Assembly (NCBI GenBank): GCA_958296045.1
Contig: CATQHT010000003.1
Span: 2,666,814-2,730,813 of the forward strand
Length of the DNA: 64,000 nucleotides
Direction: 5' to 3'
DNA from: Rhodothermales bacterium
Lineage (GTDB): Bacteria > Bacteroidota > Rhodothermia > Rhodothermales > Bin80
Part shown: positions 10,880 to 20,670 of the stretch, in pieces
Numbering within the stretch: position 1 is the stretch's first letter
Layout of the letters: every line of letters begins with the position of its first letter
The notes under the pieces: model-generated
Seen by the model: the letters and a program-made list of their open reading frames with translations, nothing else
What the model was told of the DNA's origin: nothing
Databases searched by the model: none
Translations under genes and position numbers: made by a program

Positions 10880-11001
10880 ACGTGCGCTGTGGTCTTACAG
10901 ATCCATGTAGGATTTTGGGTGGCACATCCCTCCGCGTTGGTGTACGTCTATGGCCTCTAATTGTGCGATAGCACACATTTATGACCAAGCGGAGGCTTGG
11001 T

Positions 11002-11126
11002 ATCGCGGGTCTGTGCAGGGCCATGGCCTGCCTTGGGCCTGTAATCGTGCGCGGGCGCACGTTTATAATCTATACGGCGCCGTTTTCGAACGTTTCCGCA
11101 CGATTCGAACGTTTCCGCACGATTAC
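11002..11126. repeat. repeat module copy 2
   Basis: Same module as 10737-10879 with a few substitutions. It lacks the two extra 10-bp TTTCCGCACG units. Confidence 0.8.
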
Positions 11127-11287
11127 ACTGCGTTGTAGCCTCATCAGGTCCCTGCGGGGTTAGGGTCTTGCGTGATTTTCGACCTTGCGCCAGCGGAGCA
11201 CCGAGCACCGAGCCCAACCCGACTGAGTGCACCGAGACGCCATCGCCCTGGCTGCTACATCGCACGGGCTTAATCATGAACTCGTAT

Positions 11288-12949
11288 CTACGTCACCTGC
11301 AAATAATACGATCCCCTGCCTCGTCCTTCTCGCTTGAGTACACCCTCGTCAACGAGGGTAGAAAGCAACCTGGTGGCCTGAGGCGCGCTCAACATGCACA
11401 GATCAATGACATTAGCCCGGCGGATCGTCTTGTTGTCGGCGATAAACCCCAGTATCATCTGGGTATGCTGCAACTTGTTGAACCCCGCAAGCCGCGTGTA
11501 ATGCTCCGGCTTCCGGGTGCGCTTATAGACCTCAGGGCTTAGAACATACCCACGTCCTGTTTTCGTTCCCAACGCTCGAACTAACCCAATCTCAACTAGA
11601 TGCTCTAGAATGCCGCGAGCTCGCGGCAGATCCTTCTGGAGGACCGTAGCAACGGCTTGGCTGTCGGTACGACGGACTACGCGCAAATGAGACAACGCCA
11701 ACAGGTTGTCTATGGGCATGCTCGTCCCGAGCCGCTTTTCCTCCTGCATAACCATTTTCAGGAATTCCAGGTCCGCTGGCGTACAGCTCAATTCTGCCAC
11801 GACCGAAGTCGAGTCGCTTCGCGTATAGTCGGGTTGTGGACGCCCGTAACGGAGCAGCCACTCGTAAATCCGGTCAACGCCTCTCCCAGTACGCTCGGCC
11901 ATCCCGATACGCTTGAATGCATCTGCGAGAACTGGATTGCGAGGTCTGGGCTCCGTGACCAGAAGATTGTCTAGGCGCACCCCATCCACGAAGCCTCCAG
12001 GATTGCTGACGGTCACACACTCTGACGTCCAGCGAATATGAACCGCTCCCAACTTCGCATAGTCGCGGTGCGTCAGTGCATTAACAACACATTCCCGAAA
12101 CGCTTGGCTGCTCAGCGAGGGCACAGGTACCCTAAAGAACCCGACCTGTATCTCCTCTTCCATCACCCGAGCCTGGTAGAACTGTTCGATCTGCTCGTAC
12201 AGGCGGACCAGCGGCCATCGATAGAAGTCGTTTGCGCGCACATCCGTTCCATCGAGATGCTGCAGGGCTACCTCATGCGTAGGAAGGTGCCGCCGCAATG
12301 CGCTTTCTTTCCCGACAAGAAGCAGACCGGCTACCGTAGGCAGACGAAGGTCACCTACCGTGGTCGTAAGGCCCAGCGCGCCGTCAAGCTCCTCGTCGCT
12401 TAGGCGGAGGAGGGACTCTTCTCCCCGATACTCCTGGATCGCATCGCGGAGACGCACACGCTCAACCGGATTAAGGTCATCTAACGACGAACCGTCTACC
12501 GTAAACGCGGAATAGTCCACCTTACGCAAGTCTGATGCTCGGCTCACGAATTCGGCAGGCAGAAAAGGTACACACTGCGGCATGCCGTTGGCCTGAAGGC
12601 GGCGCCGCAGGACCGTACCACCGGAAGTCGCAACGATACGGTCTGACTTTGGCACGCTAACGACCGCGACCTGTTTATTACCTTTGCTCAAGGACTCAAT
12701 CCGAACACTCAGCGGCGGAAGCGTCTGATTAGCAATAATGCCAGCCAGACTTTGACCATTGGGGCGATCCATATGAAGGCCGGTCGCTCTGCCATCGTTC
12801 TCTACACCCAGGTAGATCTGCCCTCCTTCAGCGTTTGCCAGACATACTGCTGCCCGTGCAAGCGCGTCGTCCTTAAGCTTGTTGCGGTCGCTCTTGAATT
12901 CAATCGTAAGGGACTCCCGGTCGGGTACGCGCGGTAACATGGGACGCAA
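11288..12949 (-). CDS. AlbA_2 (Schlafen-like) DNA-binding domain + HATPase_c_4 ATP-binding protein (RecG-like putative regulator)
   Basis: N-terminus ESLTIEFKSDRNKLKDDALARAAVCLANAEGGQIYLGVENDGRATG fits the AlbA_2 pattern. AFRECVVNALTHRDYAKLGAVHIRWTSECVTVSNPGGF fits the HATPase_c_4 pattern. The C-terminus is winged-helix-like. Confidence 0.75.
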   Translation of the reverse strand: MRPMLPRVPDRESLTIEFKSDRNKLKDDALARAAVCLANAEGGQIYLGVENDGRATGLHMDRPNGQSLAGIIANQTLPPLSVRIESLSKGNKQVAVVSVPKSDRIVATSGGTVLRRRLQANGMPQCVPFLPAEFVSRASDLRKVDYSAFTVDGSSLDDLNPVERVRLRDAIQEYRGEESLLRLSDEELDGALGLTTTVGDLRLPTVAGLLLVGKESALRRHLPTHEVALQHLDGTDVRANDFYRWPLVRLYEQIEQFYQARVMEEEIQVGFFRVPVPSLSSQAFRECVVNALTHRDYAKLGAVHIRWTSECVTVSNPGGFVDGVRLDNLLVTEPRPRNPVLADAFKRIGMAERTGRGVDRIYEWLLRYGRPQPDYTRSDSTSVVAELSCTPADLEFLKMVMQEEKRLGTSMPIDNLLALSHLRVVRRTDSQAVATVLQKDLPRARGILEHLVEIGLVRALGTKTGRGYVLSPEVYKRTRKPEHYTRLAGFNKLQHTQMILGFIADNKTIRRANVIDLCMLSAPQATRLLSTLVDEGVLKREGRGRGSYYLQVT

Positions 12950-13300
12950 TCAGGTGACATAGCAGGTCAAAATTACACAACCCACCATCGTTTCTTCAGC
13001 CGTAGCCCCGGTCAGGTAGGCGTTGGCTGTTCGAGGGCAGTTGCTCCGGTACTGTTCTTGAAGCGGCGCGGATTAGGCTGCCGAAAACGATCCACGGCAG
13101 CTTTCCATGGGGCCACTGGCCGACCGCGTCGTAGGGCATACCCCTGCTTCGGTGCCAACCCGAATGGACTCCTAATCACCACGCCATCACCAAGGACCCA
13201 GCGGGCCTCAAGGGCATGGCAGCGTTTCTCAGGAACGGGTCTGCCTCCCGTACACGTCCTGGATGTTACCCCAAGCCGATACGGGCTGAGTACACGGGAC

Positions 13301-14605
13301 CTACGTGCCGGCTGAGTAGTCCGTGGCGTAGGCGGCCTGCTCGGGCGTCCATGCGTCAATGCTTAGCCCCATCGTCTGCAGCTTCAGCGTGGCGATGCGC
13401 TCATCAATACTCACCGGCAGATCAATCACCGTCTTAGGTAGCATCTCGCCCCGCCTATGCTGCTGCACCAACAGCAGGTGCGTCATGAACTGGTTGGCGA
13501 AGCTCATGTCCATCACCTCGGATGGATGCCCCTCGGCGGCAGCAAGATTGACTAGGCGCCCCTCGGCCAGCACGTACAAGCGGCGCCCGTCTGGTAGCGT
13601 GTACTCGCGGTTGTCAGGCCGCACCACACGAGACCCCTCGGACATGGCCTCCAGCTCCGACAAGTTGAGCTCCACATCGTAATGTCCCGTGTTGCAAACC
13701 ACAGCGCCTTCCTTCATCATGGCAAAATGGCGCCCCCGAATCACATCCTTCATGCCCGTCGCGGTCACAAACACGTCGCCCGCTGCAGCCGCCTGGTCCA
13801 TGGGCATGACACGCATCCCCTCTAGCGTGGCCTTGAGCGCTGCTGTGGGCCGCACCTCGGTCACAATCACGTTGGCTCCCATCCCCTTAGCACGCATAGC
13901 CACTCCACGACCGCAATGCCCGTAGCCGGCTACAACAAAGTTCTTACCTGCGAGAAGGACGCTGCTCGCGCGAAGAATGCCATCAAGCGTGGACTGCCCC
14001 GTGCCATACACGTTGTCAAAATCCCACTTCGTCTCCGTATCGTTGACCGCATATACGGGATACAGCAGCTTGCCGTCCTTGGCCATTGCCCGTAGGCGCT
14101 GCACGCCGGTAGTGGTCTCCTCGCTGCCACCAATGATGTGGCTTGCCAGATGCGGGAAGCGGTGATGCACGGTGAAAATCAGGTCCGCCCCGTCATCCAG
14201 GGTGAGGTGCGGCGGCACGTCAATGGTGCGGTCAATGCTCCAGTAAAAGTCCTCCACGCTCTGCCCGTACCAGGCGTAGATCTCGATGCCGCTCTTGGCC
14301 AGCGCGGCTGCTACCTCGTCGTTCGTGGAAAGGGGGTTGCACCCGGACCAAGCCACCTCGGCGCCGCAGGCGGCAAAGGTCTCCGCCAGGACCGCGGTCT
14401 CTTTGGTTACATGCAGGCAGCCGGTGATCTTATATCCCTCGAACGGCTGCGCGTCCTGGTACTCTTTGCGAAGCTGCGCAAGAACCGGCATGCGGCTCTG
14501 CGCCCACTCGATCCGCATGCGCCCAGCATCGGCGAGACGCAGATCCCGAACCTTGTATGCTCCCGCCTTATGATTCACTGACTGGGGGTTTTGGTGTAAG
14601 GGCAA
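13301..14605 (-). CDS. ahcY: adenosylhomocysteinase
   Basis: CNPLSTNDEVAAAL, the NAD-binding GYGHCGRGVAMRAKGMGANVIVTEV, and HFAMMKEGAVVCNTGH. 434 aa. Confidence 0.95.
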   Translation of the reverse strand: MPLHQNPQSVNHKAGAYKVRDLRLADAGRMRIEWAQSRMPVLAQLRKEYQDAQPFEGYKITGCLHVTKETAVLAETFAACGAEVAWSGCNPLSTNDEVAAALAKSGIEIYAWYGQSVEDFYWSIDRTIDVPPHLTLDDGADLIFTVHHRFPHLASHIIGGSEETTTGVQRLRAMAKDGKLLYPVYAVNDTETKWDFDNVYGTGQSTLDGILRASSVLLAGKNFVVAGYGHCGRGVAMRAKGMGANVIVTEVRPTAALKATLEGMRVMPMDQAAAAGDVFVTATGMKDVIRGRHFAMMKEGAVVCNTGHYDVELNLSELEAMSEGSRVVRPDNREYTLPDGRRLYVLAEGRLVNLAAAEGHPSEVMDMSFANQFMTHLLLVQQHRRGEMLPKTVIDLPVSIDERIATLKLQTMGLSIDAWTPEQAAYATDYSAGT

Positions 14606-14649
14606 CAGCCGCCATCCAACAGACGGGCCCGCCGGTCGTTTCCCGGGTG

Positions 14650-17600
14650 CTACCGTGTCACTATGATCGGCTCCATCATGGCCTTCGAACCTGCATTCAC
14701 GCGCAGAAAGTATAGACCACCAGCCATCGCTCCCAGATCTAGCTGTAGCGTGTGAAGACCACCAGCCTGCTCACGGTCCACCAGCACCATCATGCGCTGC
14801 CCGAGCATGTTGAAAAGCTCCACGCGAACCGGCATCGGCTCTGGCAACGCGTAGCTGATGGTCGTGCGACCAGCGACGGGGTCGGGATAGTTGCCGTATA
14901 GAACCAGCTCCGTGGCGCGCTCAAGGGTGGGTTCCGTGGCGGCGCTTAATACGGTTGCAGTGTGGATGGTCCACGCCTCGCCACTGCCCAACCGGTCGAC
15001 ACTGCCCAAGTCAATGCGAAGCCAGATGTTCTCTCCAGCATAACCGGTAAGGTCAAAGATGGCGGTCTCGTCCCGATTGCCTGCAAAGACGGCTTCTCCA
15101 TGCATAGGAACCGACGCGCCAGGGGTGTACGTCTCGTCATAGCCGCCCATGGGCTCAATAACCTCCCACTGGGCACCATCATTTACGCTAGCTTTGACAT
15201 TGCCGCGGGCCTGATCCAGCATCGCTTCATGGGTCATGCGCAGCGAAATTCGGCTCGCGTTGGCAGGGAGCGCCACCGGGGCCAAAACAATGCTGGACAC
15301 CTGAGAGTGCTCATCGCCGCCGGTCTGAAATCCCCCGTTACCGCTTTGGCGCCACACTCCGGTGACGTTGGCACGCGCAAGCGCTGGAAGCTGCTCAATG
15401 GTGGCAGCCTCAATAACCAGCTCCGGCTCACCCTGCGCGGGGACATACGCGGTGTTCTGATCGAAGTCGCGCACACGAAAACGATAGCGCACCTGGTCTC
15501 CCAACTGAAGAGCCTCCGAAATCGGAAAGTCCCCCGCAAAGCGGGTCACATCCGCCGTATTCATGGCTAGGCGCACCGTGCCAGAGGTCGAGGCGCCAAC
15601 CTGTGGCACAAAAGTGTATGCGGCCAGCACCGACTCAATGCCCGTGTTGTCTGACGCTACAAGGTGCACACCCGGCGCTGCGGAACCATGGGGGATATGG
15701 ACCAGTGGCTCAAAGGTGGTGTGCACCACAGGCGCGTCGTCTTCTCGTGGACGCTCTTCTAGAATGCGGATGCCATCGATGGCCCATCCCGCAAAGTCGT
15801 GCGCCGATGAATGTGTGTTGCCGGTGTCTGTGCCCGACTCGATGCGCACCATGAGGCTGGGGACCTGCGGCAAAGGAAATAGCACACGGCGCCAGCCGTA
15901 ACTGTATCCCGCAAAGGCGGGTTCACCATTTAGCGGGTTGCCCGCATCCAGCGTCGCACCATAGCCGCCCTCGGGGTGCAGCACGGACCAAGTCAGACCG
16001 CCATCGGTGGATGCCTTGACGTTACCGCCGTCAAAGGCGGTACCTCCGGTGTTGCTTACCGGATCGGTGATACCGCTGTGCTCCAGGTCGTGCCAGTGCC
16101 AAAGCTCCAGCCACACGCCCGCATAGTATGTGAGGTCAATGGTGGGGATCTTCAGCATGCTTATTGACGCCTGGTCCGTGTAGGGTTCGCCGTCGGCCGT
16201 CATCCAGGCAAATTCGCCTGAGCGGGAGGCCTCCAGCCCGAAGGCTGGCCTGACACGACGCCATTGTCCATCCGCTGGCAGCAGTGGGTCCCCATCCGCG
16301 GTATACGATGCCAGGATGCCGGGTTCAATCATATAGATCGAGAAAGGCCGCACATCAGCTGGCGGCAGCGCGCCCTCATTGCGGTAGTTGGTCAGATCAT
16401 TCGCCCAGATGCGATAATCGATGCGCGTCTTGATCGGCAGGTTCATGGGAGGGAACCGCCCCGTATAGCGGTCCCCTGTTTCTACAAGTGCAAATTTCTG
16501 GACCGGATCCCGCGAACTGTCTGCGTACACCACCTGAAATTCCACCCAGGACTCTCGTACGCCCACATCGTCGGTGATGGTGGCCTCTATGGTCGGTGGC
16601 CACGCCGCCTGCGTCACATGCGTCAGATAGGCATGTGTGATCTCCGGCGCCGTGAAGTCTTCGGTGATTGGCACGGTGAATACCTCTTGTGGCGCATTGG
16701 CGGGGAGCCTTGTCGTGTCGCCATTAGTCTGGTCGACCTCAAAGTAGTAGCGGATCGTCTCCGCGCCAGGCGGGAGCGCGATCGCGTAGGAATACGTGTT
16801 GTCGTCTACGCGCTGCATCGCTGCTGCCGTCCGCGGATCGTCGTCTAACGCATATTGTACTGTGTGACTGACAAGATCATCGGCGCACGACATGGAGGTC
16901 AGTTCTACCACGTGCGGTGATCCATCGTCGTTGGCGAAGTTCGCGGACTGGTGACCAAGCGTCGGGGCGACCTGCCCGCAATCGACGTAGCCGCGATCAT
17001 TGAGGATCGTGCGCATGTCCGCACTGTGGGCGCCTTGGTACCGGTCCTGGTCGGCCTGCAGCAGCGCTTCGGCCGCATCGGCGAAGGTAACTCCCGGGCT
17101 CAGGTAGCCGTGAGAGATGAGATTCAGCTGATCCACCTTTTCTTTGCCGATCGCATCATATATCTGCATCAATGAAGTGGCCCAGATCAGCCCGTCGGCG
17201 TAAATGTTGCAGGTAGGGTTGCCACCCACACACGTAAAGCCACTCGGATAGGTGGCGGTGGAGCCGAGACGACGCCCTGACCAGGTCTCATTGCCGTCCC
17301 AGTCGAAGACCTGCTGCCAATCCTGGCCCTGCACCTGGGACGCATCCATAAGCCCGCGGGTAAAAGACGTGGCCCAATAGTCACTCCAGCCTTCATGAAG
17401 CGCTGCTCCCTCGCCACTGAACAGGTTGGCGCTGCTCGATTCCAGAACAGCATGCCCGTATTCGTGCACCACCACCTCGGCGTCCTCCGCATCGTCTATC
17501 CCTCCGTCGCCAAACTGGATGGTGTTCTGGGCGGGCGAGTATGACGCGTTGTCCTGCGGACCTAGGCCGTGAGGGTTGGCACGGATGCTTCCCCCCTGGA

Positions 17601-18807
17601 TCGGCCGTCCTATGTCGAGAGACCGGATGTAGCGCTGGACTAGGTCCACATGGTAATAGACCAGGACCGCCTCAAAATGCTGATTGGCTCGCAGGTACTG
17701 AAAATCGTCCGCGTTGTCTTCTGCCGGCGTATTGTAGCTGTAGCCGCCAGCCGACCCGTCGATACTCACATGCGGTCCACGTAGCCGGTACTTGCTGTCT
17801 GACCCCAGCTCAATGTCGAGCAAGGTAACCTGTTGGCGCTCATCATTGAGCGCGTTGGAATTCTGGTCATTGTTGTCCACGTAGTCACCCCCGTAGGAGA
17901 CGCCTGCACTTGTCAAAGGGTCGGGGATCCATACCTGCCCGATGCCGTCTACGCGCCCGATAGCAACAACGTCGTTTGCATGGGCATGACCATGAGAATA
18001 GGCCGAATCGTCGATGTGCATGATCTGACCCGGCTTGTGCCACATCACGCGGTCGAGCAGGTGAATCACCGCGCCGGACTGCGCATCCAGCAGCACTTCC
18101 CATTCGCCGGGGGTGTTCTCAGGCCATGCGATGACGCGCCATGCCAGAACAGGCACGGCAAGTGGATGCACGACAAGTTCAGGCTCCGAAGAGGAAGCGC
18201 CCGACTCTGATACGTGCGCTTGGGCGAGGGACCGCGCCTGATCCTGTGACACCGCTGGCGTAACATCTAACGACCGTGCATCCCTCACGTGCGGGGCGTA
18301 GGTGCTCAGTACCATGGTGGGCCGCCCTTCAGGTCCCAGGTTCACCTTAACGGCACGCCGATGGACCGGCACGCCGCGATAGGTCTGGGTGAAGGTGAGG
18401 TGCGTGGAGTACGAGGTGTTAACTTCCTCGGTGAGCACAAGGTCTTCTCCGGTAGTCCATCCGAACCGGTCGGCGTTTGCTTCCATCCATGCGCGCGCGG
18501 TCAGCTCCGGCGAGGCAAGCACTGGCGTCGTGGCCCTGATACGGTATGCGGCGCGCCACACGCCGCTGTCGGAGTCTAGTCGTCCACCCGCCACACGACG
18601 ATGGTTGAACTGCAAGGTGGGATCGAAATCCCGCACCAACGGTCGGGAGGATTCCGGCAGCAGCCCCCGCGCATCTGCGCGCTTTTGCGCATCCGCTGGC
18701 GATGCTATTATCATACACGCCGCTGCGAGGAGCAATAGCGGTAAGGATCGGAACCTGATCGTCGTTGGCATCATGACGCTGGTAAGCTGGTCAAAAAATA
18801 ACAGCAT
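14650..18807 (-). CDS. secreted M36 (fungalysin-like) zinc metallopeptidase with T9SS C-terminal sorting domain
   Basis: Signal peptide. The zinc site VVHEYGHAV is followed by HEGWSDYW (M36 EGWSD motif). There are large repeated beta-rich domains. The C-terminus YPDPVAGRTTISYALPEPMPVRVELFNMLGQ...GLYFLRVNAG is a Por/T9SS sorting domain. Confidence 0.8.
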   Translation of the reverse strand: MLLFFDQLTSVMMPTTIRFRSLPLLLLAAACMIIASPADAQKRADARGLLPESSRPLVRDFDPTLQFNHRRVAGGRLDSDSGVWRAAYRIRATTPVLASPELTARAWMEANADRFGWTTGEDLVLTEEVNTSYSTHLTFTQTYRGVPVHRRAVKVNLGPEGRPTMVLSTYAPHVRDARSLDVTPAVSQDQARSLAQAHVSESGASSSEPELVVHPLAVPVLAWRVIAWPENTPGEWEVLLDAQSGAVIHLLDRVMWHKPGQIMHIDDSAYSHGHAHANDVVAIGRVDGIGQVWIPDPLTSAGVSYGGDYVDNNDQNSNALNDERQQVTLLDIELGSDSKYRLRGPHVSIDGSAGGYSYNTPAEDNADDFQYLRANQHFEAVLVYYHVDLVQRYIRSLDIGRPIQGGSIRANPHGLGPQDNASYSPAQNTIQFGDGGIDDAEDAEVVVHEYGHAVLESSSANLFSGEGAALHEGWSDYWATSFTRGLMDASQVQGQDWQQVFDWDGNETWSGRRLGSTATYPSGFTCVGGNPTCNIYADGLIWATSLMQIYDAIGKEKVDQLNLISHGYLSPGVTFADAAEALLQADQDRYQGAHSADMRTILNDRGYVDCGQVAPTLGHQSANFANDDGSPHVVELTSMSCADDLVSHTVQYALDDDPRTAAAMQRVDDNTYSYAIALPPGAETIRYYFEVDQTNGDTTRLPANAPQEVFTVPITEDFTAPEITHAYLTHVTQAAWPPTIEATITDDVGVRESWVEFQVVYADSSRDPVQKFALVETGDRYTGRFPPMNLPIKTRIDYRIWANDLTNYRNEGALPPADVRPFSIYMIEPGILASYTADGDPLLPADGQWRRVRPAFGLEASRSGEFAWMTADGEPYTDQASISMLKIPTIDLTYYAGVWLELWHWHDLEHSGITDPVSNTGGTAFDGGNVKASTDGGLTWSVLHPEGGYGATLDAGNPLNGEPAFAGYSYGWRRVLFPLPQVPSLMVRIESGTDTGNTHSSAHDFAGWAIDGIRILEERPREDDAPVVHTTFEPLVHIPHGSAAPGVHLVASDNTGIESVLAAYTFVPQVGASTSGTVRLAMNTADVTRFAGDFPISEALQLGDQVRYRFRVRDFDQNTAYVPAQGEPELVIEAATIEQLPALARANVTGVWRQSGNGGFQTGGDEHSQVSSIVLAPVALPANASRISLRMTHEAMLDQARGNVKASVNDGAQWEVIEPMGGYDETYTPGASVPMHGEAVFAGNRDETAIFDLTGYAGENIWLRIDLGSVDRLGSGEAWTIHTATVLSAATEPTLERATELVLYGNYPDPVAGRTTISYALPEPMPVRVELFNMLGQRMMVLVDREQAGGLHTLQLDLGAMAGGLYFLRVNAGSKAMMEPIIVTR

Positions 18808-18872
18808 GCATCCGGGTCCTAATCATAGCCGAAGGGATATGGCCAAAATGTATCATTCCGCCAGGACCGCGT

Positions 18873-20075
18873 TTACGCGAGTAACCCGTTTGCTGCTTGC
18901 AGGATTGCTTCTGTGCCATCGAGCTGCTCCCAAGGGAAGCTGCTCCTTCCGAAATGACCATAGGTGGCCGTGCGCCCGTAAATGGGGCGCTTCAGGCGCA
19001 ACCGGCAGGCGATACCGGCGGGCGTCAGGTCGAAGGCAGACTCAACGATCCGGTGGAGGTCCGCGTCTGTGAATCCCCGGCGCGCAGTGTTGGCCGAATC
19101 CACGACCAGCGATACTGGGCGGTCGCACCCAATCGCGTAGGCCGCCTGAATCTCCACCTTGTCGGCAAGCCCAGCCGCCACCACATTCTTTGCGACATGG
19201 CGCAGGGCATAGGCCGCAGAGCGATCCACTTTGGACGGATCTTTGCCGCTGAATGCGCCACCACCGTGGGCGCCACGGCCGCCATACGTGTCCACAATGA
19301 TTTTGCGCCCCGTAAGCCCAGTGTCGCCGTGGGGGCCGCCAGTAACGAAGCGGCCCGTCGGGTTGACCAGAAGCTCTCTTGGCATCAAGGTGGCCGGAAA
19401 CACCTTGGGAATCAGCCGGTGCTCAACGTCTTCTCTGATCTGCTTCTGATCCACATCCGGCGCATGCTGCGTCGACAACACGACGGTATCTATGGCTACC
19501 GGCGCGCCGCGCTTGTCATACTTCACGGTAACCTGACTCTTCGAGTCGGGGCGCAGGTACGGCATGCAGCTGTTGTCCGATTTCCGGATGCGCGCCAGCT
19601 CTTCCACCAGGCGGTGGGCATAGTATAGCGGCATGGGCATTAGGACACGCCCTTCGATGCCTGCCACGCGGTCGACCTCCGTACACGCAAACCCGAACAT
19701 CATACCCTGGTCGCCGGCGCCCTGGGCCTTCGTGTCGCCGGCATCCACGCCTTGGGCGATGTCCAGGCTTTGTCCGTGCACGTGGTCGATAACCACTACG
19801 GTTTTCCAATGAAACTGCAGCTCGTGGTAGGTGTAGCCGATGTCACGGATGACGCGCCGCGCGATGGCCTCGTGGTTGACCGAGGCACTCGCATATTCGG
19901 TGGCGCGCACCTCACCTGCTAGCACCACTAGGTTGGTCGTGACCATCGTCTCTACGGCTACCCGGCTCTCTGGGTCTTTTTTAAGGTAGGCATCCAGAAT
20001 CGCGTCGGAAATCTGGTCCGCAACCTTGTCAGGATGGCCCTCGGAGACAGATTCCGATGTAAAGAGGTACCCCAT
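18873..20075 (-). CDS. metK: S-adenosylmethionine synthetase
   Basis: [39 protein letters not shown] and [19 protein letters not shown]. The ORF track start at 20126 adds 17 atypical residues, so the Met at 20075 fits the family N-terminus. Confidence 0.95.
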   Translation of the reverse strand: MGYLFTSESVSEGHPDKVADQISDAILDAYLKKDPESRVAVETMVTTNLVVLAGEVRATEYASASVNHEAIARRVIRDIGYTYHELQFHWKTVVVIDHVHGQSLDIAQGVDAGDTKAQGAGDQGMMFGFACTEVDRVAGIEGRVLMPMPLYYAHRLVEELARIRKSDNSCMPYLRPDSKSQVTVKYDKRGAPVAIDTVVLSTQHAPDVDQKQIREDVEHRLIPKVFPATLMPRELLVNPTGRFVTGGPHGDTGLTGRKIIVDTYGGRGAHGGGAFSGKDPSKVDRSAAYALRHVAKNVVAAGLADKVEIQAAYAIGCDRPVSLVVDSANTARRGFTDADLHRIVESAFDLTPAGIACRLRLKRPIYGRTATYGHFGRSSFPWEQLDGTEAILQAANGLLA

Positions 20076-20350
20076 GTAGTGATGAGCGGTGAGCGGCGGG
20101 CGCACATTCAGGCTCAAATTGAACATCTTTTGGCGTTGACGGTTCGCTATCTACCGTTGCGGGGTCGGTTAGCGTGTGTGGGGCTTAGCGCTGGGGACGC
20201 GGGCGCAGCAGGAGGCGGGCCCATCGGCGCGGCGCCAGACCGTGAAGACTTGTGCAACTTGGCGCGTTACTTGAATTCCGCGGCACGGTGCAGTAACTTT
20301 CGGAGCTCGAAACCGCAGCGCCAAGTACACGCAAAACTATCTGAGGTCGA

Positions 20351-20599
20351 ATGGCAGACAGGGCAGCACAGGCCGAGGCAAAGATCAGGGCCATCATCGC
20401 GGATAAGCTCGGGGTGGAAGAGTCGGAAATCGTCCCGGAAGCGTCGTTCACGGACGACTTGGGAGCCGACTCACTGGACACCGTCGAGCTGATTATGGAG
20501 TTCGAGAAGGAGTTCAACATCAAGATTCCTGACGAGGATGCCGACAAGATCGCCACGGTGCAGAATGCTATCTCATACGTGACGGAAAAGTCGACCTGA
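20351..20599 (+). CDS. acpP: acyl carrier protein
   Basis: [28 protein letters not shown] carries the phosphopantetheine Ser in DSLD. Confidence 0.95.
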   Translation: MADRAAQAEAKIRAIIADKLGVEESEIVPEASFTDDLGADSLDTVELIMEFEKEFNIKIPDEDADKIATVQNAISYVTEKST

Positions 20600-20670
20600 G
20601 CCTCCTGAGCCGAGGCGTCGCGTAGAAGCCGTCAGCTCTTCGTGAGCTGTGACCAACCTTTTCTGTACTG

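Noticed and set aside
20076-20350. Possible SAM riboswitch in the long metK leader. A small 5-bp hairpin ACGGT-N9-ACCGT is present.
   Set aside because: I could not find the conserved SAM-I cores (GAGGGA, GGUGCUAA, AGAUAAG) or the SAM-II/V cores (AAAGCU). A covariance-model scan is needed to be sure, so no riboswitch is called.
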